From: Candidatus Methylomirabilota bacterium
GTDB lineage: Bacteria; Methylomirabilota; Methylomirabilia; Rokubacteriales; CSP1-6
Assembly (NCBI GenBank): GCA_046726415.1
Contig: JBKPAK010000221.1
Span: forward strand, 1-22,151
Length of the DNA stretch: 22,151 nucleotides
Reading direction: 5' to 3'
The notes below the pieces were generated by a model. That model worked only from the letters and a program-made list of their open reading frames with translations, was not told the origin of the DNA and did not search any database. The translations under genes were made by a program, and so were the position numbers. This document shows positions 1 to 8,482 of this stretch, in pieces. Every line of letters begins with the position of its first letter. The stretch's first letter is position 1.

Positions 1-2
1 GG

Positions 3-1631
3 GCTGAAGGCTTCGGAGCTCTCGCCCGCGCGTTTCAGGGGGCCGCGGAAGCGCCGCTCCTGGAGTGGATGGCCGCGGCGTTGTGTCGGCTCGCCGGCGC
101 GCCCACGGCGCGAGAGACCCTGCGCCTCGTGCTGAAGATCACCCGCGTGAATTCACCGCTGCCATTTTGGCATCCGGCCGGCGCGCCGGCCGCCGCCGGG
201 CTTCAGTGGGCCAAGGGCAGCGTGGGGGCACTCATCGTGGACAAGGCGATTCAGGTCGTTCTCGGGGCGGCCGCCGCGGGGTGGCGCGCCTCTGCCGGCG
301 TCGCGGCGGCTCGCCCAGCCCGACCCGACCTCCAGCCCTGGCCCTTCAACGAGCACGTGCTCGAAGCGACCCTGATCGACGTCCGCCAGCCACCCCGCAC
401 GCGCGCCATGGCGGCCAGCCTCCTGCGCATCCTCGCTCACGCTTCGCCCTCGGTCCGGCTCTCACCCCGCGCCGAGCTGTACGCCTTCCTGTTCCTGACC
501 ACCCGCGGGGACGACGGAACGATCGCGCCGGATTGGCCTGCGCCGCTCACCGATGGCGATTCGGAGCGGCAGCTCGATCTGCTGCTGGAGGCGCTCGGCG
601 ACGACTGCGACGCCATTCGACGCGCCGCCTCCCAGGCGGGTCACCAGGCGGCGCTGCAGCACCCCGCCTCCTTCCAGCCGCGACACTACACGAAGCTCTT
701 GCCCCTCCTCTCGGACGACGATCGCGCGATCCGCGAGTGCACCATGCTGACGTTCCAGGCGCTGGCCGGCTTCCGGAGCCGCCGGGTCGCCGCCGTCGTG
801 GATGACATCGCCGCGCGCCTGCACGGCGACGACGAGATGGACGACGAGGAGGAGCGGGCGCGGCGCGACCTCGAGAGCGCGCTCGGCATCACCATGGACC
901 GCCTGGTGGACGACGTGGAGCAGCTCCAGCGCGAAGTCCACGCGCTGGAGGCCCGTCGGGGCGAGCTCCTCCAGTACATGGAGACCCAGGCGGTCCGCGT
1001 CGGCGAGGAGATCCACCTCGAGGTGCTCAATACCCTTACGGGGTACCTGGCCACCGCGGTCGACGAGCGGGACTACGGGGAGGCCACCCGCCGCCTCGAC
1101 CATCTCGTCGCCGAGCTGCGGCGGATCATGAACAATCTCTATCCGCGCGACCTCGAGACGGAGGGGTTCCTCCAGACGATCCGCAACCGCCTGCGCGACA
1201 CGCAGGCCCAGATGAGCCGGAGGACCGCCGGCTGCGCGGTGCGGCTCGACTGCTCACCGGGCGTGACCGATACCATGCTCCAGGCGTGTCTGGCCGAGCC
1301 AGCGCACCTCGTCCTCGTCTATCGGATCGTGCTCGAAGCCATCGTGAATGCCCGGAAGCACTCGGGCGGCACCTTCATCGGCGTGTCCGTGCGAGCACCG
1401 TCACCCGATCGCGTCGAGATCGCGATCTGCGATGATGGCGTTGGCCACGGCGGACCGTTCGGGGAAAATGTGGGGATGGCTCTCATGCGCCGGCGGGCCG
1501 AGGAGATCGGCGGGGAGATCACCTACCGGGCTGGACCTACCGGTGGCACCACCGTGATCGTGCGCCTCGCCCGATCCGACGCCGCCGGACCAAGCTCCCG
1601 CGAGCTCGCTCGCCTGAAGGCGGAACGGTGA
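3..1631 (+). CDS. Sensor histidine kinase (HisKA_3/NarX-DesK type, HATPase_c) with upstream HEAT-like helical repeats; 5'-truncated
   Basis: The frame is open from nt 3 (AEGFGALARAF...), so the ATG at 69 is probably internal. Motifs: H-box-like GEEIHLEVLNTL, N-box VYRIVLEAIVNARKHS, G1 ICDDGVG, G2 GENVGMALMRRRAEEIGG. The stop overlaps the next gene's start (GTGA). Confidence 0.85.
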   Translation, partial: AEGFGALARAFQGAAEAPLLEWMAAALCRLAGAPTARETLRLVLKITRVNSPLPFWHPAGAPAAAGLQWAKGSVGALIVDKAIQVVLGAAAAGWRASAGVAAARPARPDLQPWPFNEHVLEATLIDVRQPPRTRAMAASLLRILAHASPSVRLSPRAELYAFLFLTTRGDDGTIAPDWPAPLTDGDSERQLDLLLEALGDDCDAIRRAASQAGHQAALQHPASFQPRHYTKLLPLLSDDDRAIRECTMLTFQALAGFRSRRVAAVVDDIAARLHGDDEMDDEEERARRDLESALGITMDRLVDDVEQLQREVHALEARRGELLQYMETQAVRVGEEIHLEVLNTLTGYLATAVDERDYGEATRRLDHLVAELRRIMNNLYPRDLETEGFLQTIRNRLRDTQAQMSRRTAGCAVRLDCSPGVTDTMLQACLAEPAHLVLVYRIVLEAIVNARKHSGGTFIGVSVRAPSPDRVEIAICDDGVGHGGPFGENVGMALMRRRAEEIGGEITYRAGPTGGTTVIVRLARSDAAGPSSRELARLKAER

Positions 1632-2479
1632 CGCGAGCGAGGCCCGAGCGCGATGGTGGTCCGGTCGATCTTCTCGGAGTTCTCATCGCGGACGACTCGC
1701 CCGACGCCATTGCTCAGATGAGCGCCTGGATCGCGGAGCGCTGGCCTTCCGCCGAGCTCCACACCGCGTCGACCCCCGAAGACGCCGTCCGGATTACCCG
1801 GGACAAGGGCCTCGAGAACCTCATCCTCGACCTGGATTTCGGTACCCAGCGGGACTCGGGCGTGGTCATCGCGCGAAGGATCCTCGAGGTACGGCAGAAT
1901 GGGCTCCCGCGAACGCGCATCCTCTTCCGGACGGTCCATGCCGGGGACCCCGCGTACCTGCATCAGATCCAGAAGCTGGTCAGCGCAGACGGTCGCGACC
2001 GCCCAGTGGTGTGGGGATTCCTGGACAAGGGCTCGGTCCCCAAGCGCCTTGCCCAGAACACCGTGGAACAGGTGTTCGTCTACGAGGTCCCGTTCACCGA
2101 CATCTTCAGCCAACAGCTCAAGAACTCCCCGTCACGGGAGTTGAGCGACCTCGAGTTCACCGTCCTGATCTACCTCTGCCTGGGAGTGACCAACGACGGG
2201 GTGGCCTGGCTGATCAGTGCCTCTCGGCAGAGCGTCGAGCGGATCATCGGCGGACTGTACCGGAAGCTCCGGATTCCGTCCCGGCGCGATGCCCCGCAAG
2301 GCGTGCCGACCTTCATCGAAACCCGGACCCGCCTATGCTATGAGGCGACGGTGCAGGGGCTGGTGAACAGCCATTTGCTCCGGGAGGAAGACATCGAGCT
2401 CCGACAGCGGGTGAAGAACTGCGCCCCGGGATCTCACCGAATCCACGTGAGCTCGCTGTGGTCAATGGGAGAGGGGTAG
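1628..2479 (+). CDS. NarL/LuxR-family DNA-binding response regulator (REC + HTH)
   Basis: REC motifs VLIADD, LILDLDF (phospho-acceptor Asp), FRT and FLDKG. LuxR-like HTH LSDLEFTVLIYLCLGVTNDGVAWLISASRQSVERIIGGLYRKL. The GTG start overlaps the kinase stop. Confidence 0.85.
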   Translation: MTRARPERDGGPVDLLGVLIADDSPDAIAQMSAWIAERWPSAELHTASTPEDAVRITRDKGLENLILDLDFGTQRDSGVVIARRILEVRQNGLPRTRILFRTVHAGDPAYLHQIQKLVSADGRDRPVVWGFLDKGSVPKRLAQNTVEQVFVYEVPFTDIFSQQLKNSPSRELSDLEFTVLIYLCLGVTNDGVAWLISASRQSVERIIGGLYRKLRIPSRRDAPQGVPTFIETRTRLCYEATVQGLVNSHLLREEDIELRQRVKNCAPGSHRIHVSSLWSMGEG

Positions 2480-2520
2480 CGCCCCCGTCCCTCAGAGCAG
2501 ACCGGCTCGCCGCCTCTCCC
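2467..2520. terminator. Possible stem-loop between convergent genes (response regulator / sufT)
   Basis: GGGAGAGG (2467-2474) and CCTCTCCC (2513-2520) form an 8-bp inverted repeat spanning the gap between two convergent stops. There is no U-tract, so terminator function is uncertain. Confidence 0.3.
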
Positions 2521-2835
2521 TCAGAGCATACCGAGCTGGAGCTTCGCCGCCTCGGACATCCGGCTGGTGTCCCACGGCGGATCGAAGACGACGTCGACGG
2601 CGACCGCGGTGACGCCAGGGATGGCCCGGATGCGCTCCTCAACGTCCCTGGGCAACTCCTGCGCCGCCGGGCAGCCGGGCGCGGTGAGGGTCATTCGGAC
2701 CGTCACCGCGCCGGCTGGATCGACGCCGATCCCGTAGATGAGCCCGAGCTCGTGGATGTTGACCGGCACCTCGGGATCGAACACGGTCTGCAGCGCTTCC
2801 ACGACGAGCTTGCGAAGCACGACCGGATCGGCCAT
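2521..2835 (-). CDS. sufT: DUF59/FeS_assembly_P Fe-S cluster assembly protein SufT
   Basis: MADPVVLRKLVVEALQTVFDPEVPVNIHELGLIY...MTLTAPGCP...FDPPWDTSRMSEAAKLQLGML. ATG at 2835 with GAGGA upstream. The longer track ORF (to 3306) is an artefactual extension. Last gene of the suf operon. Confidence 0.9.
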   Translation of the reverse strand: MADPVVLRKLVVEALQTVFDPEVPVNIHELGLIYGIGVDPAGAVTVRMTLTAPGCPAAQELPRDVEERIRAIPGVTAVAVDVVFDPPWDTSRMSEAAKLQLGML

Positions 2836-2843
2836 GACCTGTC

Positions 2844-2967
2844 CTCGTTTCACTCGCCTCGGACGGCGGGGCCCCAGCCTCCCGACGTCCTGCGGCTCGC
2901 ACAGCCTTCTTTGGCTCGCCTCGGACGGCGGGGCCCCAGCCCCCCGACGTCCTGCGGCTCGCACAGC
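2844..2967 (-). repeat. Two tandem 62-bp REP-like structured repeat units between sufU and sufT
   Basis: The 53-bp cores at 2853-2905 and 2915-2967 are identical except for one T/C. The 9-bp tails are ctcgtttca and cttctttgg. Each unit has an internal palindrome GGACG...CGTCC. Confidence 0.9.
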
Positions 2968-3419
2968 TACTCGGTCGACACGGGCTCGGGCGAGCCCTCG
3001 AGCGCCGCGTGTAACGTGTGCCAGGGCAAGGTGGCGCACTTCACGCGAGCCGGAAATTCTCGAACCCCGGCAAACACGTCCAGTCGGGCCAGCGCTTCGC
3101 CGCTTTGGTGGTTGCCGGCTGGCGCCGCCAGCATCCGGTGGAACCGCGCGAAGAGATCTTCCGCCTCGGCCACGGTCTTGCCCTTCACGCTGGCCGTCAT
3201 CATGGACGCCGACGCTCTGGAGATCGCGCAGCCCGACCCCTGGAAGCCGATGTCGCGGATCACCCCGTCGTCCACGGTGATCTCCACGCTGACGCTGTCC
3301 CCGCACAGAGGATTGTCGCCGGTCGCCCTCTGCGTCGGATGCCCGAGCTTCCGAAAGTTTCGCGGGGCGCGGTTGTGATCGAGGATGACCTGCTGGTACA
3401 GCTCCCGAAGCTCCGACAT
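2967..3419 (-). CDS. sufU: SUF system NifU/IscU-like sulfur-transfer protein SufU
   Basis: MSELRELYQQVILDHNRAPRN, NPLCGD, GSGCAIS, FPARVKCATL (three Cys plus Asp, SufU-type Zn ligands; no LPPVK). The ATG at 3419 overlaps the sufS TGA. Confidence 0.93.
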   Translation of the reverse strand: MSELRELYQQVILDHNRAPRNFRKLGHPTQRATGDNPLCGDSVSVEITVDDGVIRDIGFQGSGCAISRASASMMTASVKGKTVAEAEDLFARFHRMLAAPAGNHQSGEALARLDVFAGVREFPARVKCATLPWHTLHAALEGSPEPVSTE

Positions 3420-4675
3420 CAGATCAGCATCTCGCGCACCTTGGGCAGGGCGTGCACCAGGGCGTCGATCTCCTCCCGCGTGTTGTAGAGGGCCAGCGAG
3501 GCCCGGGTCGCGGCCGGAATCCCCAGGCGCTGCATCACGGGCATCGCGCAGTGATGCCCCGTGCGCACCGCGATCCCCTCTTGATCCAGGATGGTCCCGA
3601 CGTCGTGGGCGTGAACGCCGTCGACCACGAAGGACAGCACGCTCGCCTTGTCCCTCGCCGTTCCGATGAGGCGGATGCCCGGCAGCGCCGACAGCGCGGC
3701 CGTCCCGTAGACCAGTATCTCGTGCTCGTAGGCCGCCACCCGCTCGAGGCCGAGGGACTGGAGGTACTCGAGGGCCACGCCCAGCCCGATGGCATCGGCG
3801 ATGTTCGGCGTCCCCGCCTCGAACTTGTACGGCAGGGCAGCGTAGCTCGTCTTCTCGAAGCTGACGGCCTTGATCATGTCGCCACCCCCCTGCCACGGGG
3901 GCATGCGCTCCAGGAGCGCCGCCTTACCGTACAGCGCCCCGATGCCGGTGGGCCCGAACACTTTATGTCCGGAGAACGCGTAGAAGTCGCAGTCCAGCTC
4001 CTGGACATCGACGCGCAGGTGCGGGACCGCCTGGGCCCCGTCCACGAGCACGGGCACGCCGCGGCCATGCGCCAGCTCGATGATCCGCTTGACCGGAACG
4101 ATCGTCCCCAGCGCGTTGGAGACATGGGCCACGGCCACCAGCCGCGTGCGCTCGTTGAGCAGCCTCTGGTAGGCGTCGAGCTCCAGTTCCCCGGCGTCGG
4201 TCATGGGAATGACCCGCAGCACCGCGCCCTTCTCTTCGCACAGGAGCTGCCAGGGCACGATGTTGGAGTGATGCTCGAGCGCGGAGACGATCACCTCGTC
4301 CCCGGCTCCCACCCCTGACCGCCCATAGCTCTGGGCGACCAGATTGATGCCTTCGGAGGTCCCCCGCACGAAGATGACCTCGGACGGGGAGGCCGCGTTG
4401 ATGAAGCGCTGGATCCGGACGCGCGCCTCCTCGTAGGCCTGGGTGGCCCGCTCGCTGAGCAGATGGACGCCGCGGTGCACGTTGGCATTGTCGGCCGTGT
4501 AGTAGGCGGCGAGGGCATCGATCACCGGCTGAGGCTTCTGGCTGGTGGCGGCGTTGTCCAGGTAGACGAGCGGCTTGCCGTGGACCCGCGTCCCGAGAAT
4601 GGGAAAGTCCTGGCGAATGGCCTCGACATCCCAGCGGGGCGTCGTCACCCGCGGTGTCGTCGTTGCGATGCTCAT
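3419..4675 (-). CDS. sufS: Cysteine desulfurase SufS (type II, PLP-dependent)
   Basis: YLDNAATSQKP, NVHRGVH, LEHHSNIVPW, DGAQ, FSGHK (PLP Lys), FEAGTP, RTGHHCA (catalytic Cys, type II motif). Confidence 0.96.
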   Translation of the reverse strand: MSIATTTPRVTTPRWDVEAIRQDFPILGTRVHGKPLVYLDNAATSQKPQPVIDALAAYYTADNANVHRGVHLLSERATQAYEEARVRIQRFINAASPSEVIFVRGTSEGINLVAQSYGRSGVGAGDEVIVSALEHHSNIVPWQLLCEEKGAVLRVIPMTDAGELELDAYQRLLNERTRLVAVAHVSNALGTIVPVKRIIELAHGRGVPVLVDGAQAVPHLRVDVQELDCDFYAFSGHKVFGPTGIGALYGKAALLERMPPWQGGGDMIKAVSFEKTSYAALPYKFEAGTPNIADAIGLGVALEYLQSLGLERVAAYEHEILVYGTAALSALPGIRLIGTARDKASVLSFVVDGVHAHDVGTILDQEGIAVRTGHHCAMPVMQRLGIPAATRASLALYNTREEIDALVHALPKVREMLI

Positions 4676-4703
4676 GCCTCACCTCGCTGCCGCCGGGCAG
4701 TAT

Positions 4704-6038
4704 TCACGCGCTGGTCCCGTTGACTCGGCCGCGGTGCAGCCGAGCGGTCAGGAGGGCCTCCAGCCAGGCGCGCAGCGCTTCGGAGCCAATCCACGCGACT
4801 ACCTCGCTGGCGAACCCGTAGGTGAGCAGCGCGCGGGCCCCCTCGTCGCCCAGCCCGCGGCTCTTCAGATACAACAGGGCGTCCGGGGCGAGCTGCCCAT
4901 CGGCCGCCCCGTGACTGCACTTGACGTCGTCCGCGAAGATCTCCAGCTGAGGTTTGCTGTCGACCTCCGCTCCCTCGGACAGGAGCAGGTTCTTGTTGGT
5001 CTGGTGAGCGTCCGTCTTCTGCGCCCCCGGTCGCACGATGACGCGGCCGTTGAACACGCCCCGCGCGTGGCCGTCCAGGACGCCTTTGTAGAGTTGCCGG
5101 CTCGTCCCGTGCGGCTTGGCGTGCTCGACCACCGTGTGATGATCCACGTGCTGGCGCCCGCCGACCACGTAGAGCCCGGTCAGCGCGCAGGAGGCGCCCT
5201 CGGCATCGAGGAGCACGTGAAGATCGTGGCGGGCCAGTCGACTGCCGAACGTGACGGTGCTGGACGCGAGCTGGCTGTCGCGCGCCTGGCGCACCGCCAT
5301 CCGGCCGACGTGAAACACCCCTGCACTCTCCCGCTCGATCTTGCAGTGGTCGAACCGGGCGGAATCGTCGATGATCACCTCGGTCATCGCGTTGGTCAGT
5401 GACGGCTCGTCGCCGAGGCTCACGTAGCTTTCGACGACGGTGGCCTGACTGCCCCGGCCGAGGCTGATGACGTTTCTGAGATGGGCCACGGAGCCTGCCT
5501 CGCTGGAGGTCCCGACGAAGATCAGATGGATGGGCTCGGCGACCACCACGCCGGCCGGCACATGGACGAAGGCCCCATCCAGCCAGAATGCCCCATTGAG
5601 GGCGGCGAAGCCGTCCACGAGATCGGTCGACTGCCGGTCCAGGGCCCGCCGGACGATTTCGCCATCCGTCAGCACGGCCTCGCCCAGGCTGCTCAAGCGG
5701 CCGTGGCCCGGCCCGAGAGCCGCCGAAAGCTTGGCGGAGTAGCGTCCCTCCACGAAGACGAGGCGCGGGCCCGAGGGCGCCCCCGCTACGAGCGCGTCCA
5801 GTGCCTCCGGGGCGAGCGCGTCGGGCGTTCCGTCGAGCTCGAAACGGACGCGCAGAGCCGCGTCGAGAGCCGCGGTGCTGGTGTATTTCCACTCCTCGTC
5901 GCGAGGGGTCGGCAGCCCCACCTCGGCGAAGCGCGCGATGGAGGCCCGCCGAGCCTCTCGAAGCCAAGCGGGACCACCGCCGAGTCCCTGGCGATCGAAG
6001 TCGCCGAATGCCGCCAGGAAGGCCTCCTTGGACGTCAC
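4704..6038 (-). CDS. sufD: Fe-S cluster assembly protein SufD
   Basis: [51 protein letters not shown]. The GTG start overlaps the sufC stop. Confidence 0.95.
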   Translation of the reverse strand: MTSKEAFLAAFGDFDRQGLGGGPAWLREARRASIARFAEVGLPTPRDEEWKYTSTAALDAALRVRFELDGTPDALAPEALDALVAGAPSGPRLVFVEGRYSAKLSAALGPGHGRLSSLGEAVLTDGEIVRRALDRQSTDLVDGFAALNGAFWLDGAFVHVPAGVVVAEPIHLIFVGTSSEAGSVAHLRNVISLGRGSQATVVESYVSLGDEPSLTNAMTEVIIDDSARFDHCKIERESAGVFHVGRMAVRQARDSQLASSTVTFGSRLARHDLHVLLDAEGASCALTGLYVVGGRQHVDHHTVVEHAKPHGTSRQLYKGVLDGHARGVFNGRVIVRPGAQKTDAHQTNKNLLLSEGAEVDSKPQLEIFADDVKCSHGAADGQLAPDALLYLKSRGLGDEGARALLTYGFASEVVAWIGSEALRAWLEALLTARLHRGRVNGTSA

Positions 6039-6787
6039 GACGCGACCTCCTCCTGGATCCAGTCGTACCCCCGGGCTTCCAGCTCTAGGGCCAGCTCCTT
6101 CCCACCGGACTTGGCGATACGCCCACCGGCCAGCACGTGCACAGCATCGGGCGCGATGTAGTTCAAGAGCCGCTGGTAGTGGGTCACCAGGACGATGGCG
6201 TTGTCCGGCCGCCGGAGCTGATTGATGCCGCGGGCCACCGTCTGGAGGGCGTCGATGTCGAGGCCGGAATCCGTCTCATCGAGGATGGCGAGCTTGGGCT
6301 CCAGGACCGCCATCTGGAGAATCTCGTTGCGCTTCTTCTCGCCTCCCGAGAAGCCCTCGTTGACGGCCCGGGACATGAAGCTCGCGTCGAACTCGACGAG
6401 CTTCATCTTCTCCCGGAAGAGCTGGAGGAACTCCATGGCATCCAGCGGCTCGAGTCCCCGGTGCGCGCGAATCTCGTTCAGCGCCGTCTTGAGAAACTGG
6501 GCGTTGCTCACCCCGGGGATCTCGATCGGGTATTGAAAGGCCAGGAACACGCCCTCGCGAGCTCGTTCCTCGGGAGGCATCGCGAGGAGATTGCGCCCCC
6601 CGTAGAGCACCTCGCCCGCGGTCACCGTATAGGCCGGATGCCCGGCCAGCACCTGGGCCAGGGTGCTCTTCCCCGAGCCGTTGGGGCCCATCACGGCGTG
6701 CACCTCGCCGGCGCGGACCTCCAGATCGATACCCTTCAGGATCTCGATTTCGCCGACACTCGCGTGCAAGGAGCGGATGCTCAGCAT
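6035..6787 (-). CDS. sufC: Fe-S cluster assembly ATPase SufC
   Basis: Walker [23 protein letters not shown], signature [14 protein letters not shown], Walker [15 protein letters not shown]-loop VTHYQRLL. Confidence 0.97.
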   Translation of the reverse strand: MLSIRSLHASVGEIEILKGIDLEVRAGEVHAVMGPNGSGKSTLAQVLAGHPAYTVTAGEVLYGGRNLLAMPPEERAREGVFLAFQYPIEIPGVSNAQFLKTALNEIRAHRGLEPLDAMEFLQLFREKMKLVEFDASFMSRAVNEGFSGGEKKRNEILQMAVLEPKLAILDETDSGLDIDALQTVARGINQLRRPDNAIVLVTHYQRLLNYIAPDAVHVLAGGRIAKSGGKELALELEARGYDWIQEEVAS

Positions 6788-6794
6788 GACGACC

Positions 6795-8249
6795 TCACCC
6801 CACGCTGCCTTCGAGGCTCACGCCCAGAAGCCGCGAGGCTTCCACCGCGAACTCCATGGGCAGGTTCTTGAACACGTCCTTGCAGAAGCCATTGACGATG
6901 GTGGAGATGGCGTTCTCGCCCGAGAGGCCCCGCTGCTTGCAGTAGAAGAGCTGCTCCTCGCTGATCTTTTGCGTCGACGCCTCATGCTCCACGGTGGCGG
7001 TGCTGTTGCCCACCTCGATGTAGGGAAAGGTGTGCGCGCCGCAGCGATCCCCCAGCAGCAGCGAATCGCACTGCGTGTAGTTGCGCGCGTGGCTGGCGCG
7101 CGGCACAACCTTGACCAGCCCCCGGTAGGTGTTGTTGCCGTGACCGGCCGAGATGCCCTTGGAGATGATGGTGCTGCGGGTGTTCTTTCCGAGATGGATC
7201 ATCTTGGTCCCGGTGTCGGCCTGCTGGCGATTCGCGGTGAGGGCCACCGAGTAGAACTCGCCGACGGAGTCGTCGCCCTGCAGGATCACGCTCGGATACT
7301 TCCAGGTGATGGCCGAGCCCGTCTCCACCTGGGTCCAGGAGATCCGCGAGCGCGGACCGGCACACTTGCCGCGTTTGGTGACGAAGTTGTAGATGCCGCC
7401 CCGGCCCTCGCTATCGCCCGCGTACCAGTTCTGCACCGTGGAGTACTTGATGGAAGCGTCGGTGTGGGCGATCAGCTCGACGACCGCGGCGTGCAACTGG
7501 TTCTCGTCCCGGCGCGGCGCGGTGCAGCCTTCCAGATAGCTGACGACGCTGCCCTCCTCGGCGATGATCAAGGTCCGCTCGAACTGCCCGGACCCCGCCG
7601 CGTTGATCCGGAAGTAGGTCGACAGCTCCATCGGACAGCGGACGCCCTTGGGGATGTAGCAGAACGAGCCGTCGCTGAAGACGGCCGAGTTCAGAGCGGC
7701 GAAGAAGTTGTCCGTGTACGGCACGACCGAGCCGAGATACCGCTCGACCAGCTCCGGATGCTGCTGGACGGCCTCGGAGAACGAGCAGAAGATGATGCCC
7801 ATCTCGGCCAGCTTCGCCTTGAACGTCGTCGCCACGGACACGCTGTCGAAGACGGCGTCCACCGCGACCCCGCTGAGCCACTTCTGCTCTTCCAAGGGGA
7901 TGCCCAGCTTGTCGAAGGTCCGGAGGATCGCCGGATCGACTTCTTCCAGGCTCTCCGCCGACCTGGCCTTAGGGGCCGAATAGTAAACGATTTTCTGATA
8001 GTCGATCGCGGGGTAGACGACGTTCGCCCAGCGCGGCTCGGCCGCCGACTGCTCGAGCGTGCGCCAGTGCCGGTAGGCGCGCAGCCGCCAGTCGAGCATG
8101 AACTCGGGCTCGTTCTTCTTGGCTGAGATCGCCCGAACGACCTCCTCGCTGAGTCCGGGTGGAAGGGTATCCGCTTCCAGCTCGGTCACGAACCCGTATG
8201 GATATTCGCGATCGGTGAAGCGCTCCAGCGTCTCGGATCGCGTGCTCAT
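6795..8249 (-). CDS. sufB: Fe-S cluster assembly protein SufB
   Basis: [84 protein letters not shown]. Normal length, no intein. Confidence 0.97.
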   Translation of the reverse strand: MSTRSETLERFTDREYPYGFVTELEADTLPPGLSEEVVRAISAKKNEPEFMLDWRLRAYRHWRTLEQSAAEPRWANVVYPAIDYQKIVYYSAPKARSAESLEEVDPAILRTFDKLGIPLEEQKWLSGVAVDAVFDSVSVATTFKAKLAEMGIIFCSFSEAVQQHPELVERYLGSVVPYTDNFFAALNSAVFSDGSFCYIPKGVRCPMELSTYFRINAAGSGQFERTLIIAEEGSVVSYLEGCTAPRRDENQLHAAVVELIAHTDASIKYSTVQNWYAGDSEGRGGIYNFVTKRGKCAGPRSRISWTQVETGSAITWKYPSVILQGDDSVGEFYSVALTANRQQADTGTKMIHLGKNTRSTIISKGISAGHGNNTYRGLVKVVPRASHARNYTQCDSLLLGDRCGAHTFPYIEVGNSTATVEHEASTQKISEEQLFYCKQRGLSGENAISTIVNGFCKDVFKNLPMEFAVEASRLLGVSLEGSVG

Positions 8250-8320
8250 CTCGCTCCTCTCGTCCGTTCTTGAGGGCGCGGCCGGTCGAAATGGCTAGCC
8301 GTACCCCGCCCTACACCCCC

Positions 8321-8349
8321 ACAATACTCCCCCTAGGCGTTAATGGCGA
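8321..8349 (-). promoter_or_regulatory. Putative sigma70 promoter of the suf operon
   Basis: Minus strand TCGCCA (8349-8344), 17 bp, TATTGT (8326-8321), within the AT-richer intergenic stretch. Confidence 0.4.
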
Positions 8350-8366
8350 CCAAAAGCGTCGGGTAT
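8342..8366. promoter_or_regulatory. IscR type-1/Rrf2-like operator upstream of sufB
   Basis: AATGGCGACCAAAAGCGTCGGGTAT has a GAC-N7-GTC dyad. It matches 19/25 positions of the E. coli IscR type-1 consensus as recalled (ATASYYGACTRWWWYAGTCRRSTAT) and overlaps the putative -35. Confidence 0.55.
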
Positions 8367-8482
8367 TGAAGTATGCGCCGATTAGACCGTATTTCGGGTA
8401 GTTAAGGGCCTCTTCCTCACATGTCCACTTAACTCGCGAAGGGCTTCGGTCGAGGTAGGGCGCCCTCGTCGAGACTGCGGCC

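Noticed and set aside
2480..2523. Selenocysteine read-through of the sufT TGA
   Set aside because: The protein ends at the usual DUF59 C-terminus (LQLGML), and no convincing SECIS or downstream domain is present.
2844..2967. CRISPR array or hammerhead ribozyme reading of the tandem repeat
   Set aside because: There are only two units with 9-nt partly similar linkers and no cas genes. GAAAC is present but there is no CUGANGA core.
2521..3896. Track ORFs 2521..3306 and 2967..3896 read as extended or fused SufT/SufU
   Set aside because: The extensions are out-of-frame read-through of sufU/sufS and the repeat. Family similarity begins at ATG 2835 and ATG 3419.
6795..8249. Intein in SufB
   Set aside because: The protein has normal length (484 aa), contiguous motifs and no splicing signatures.
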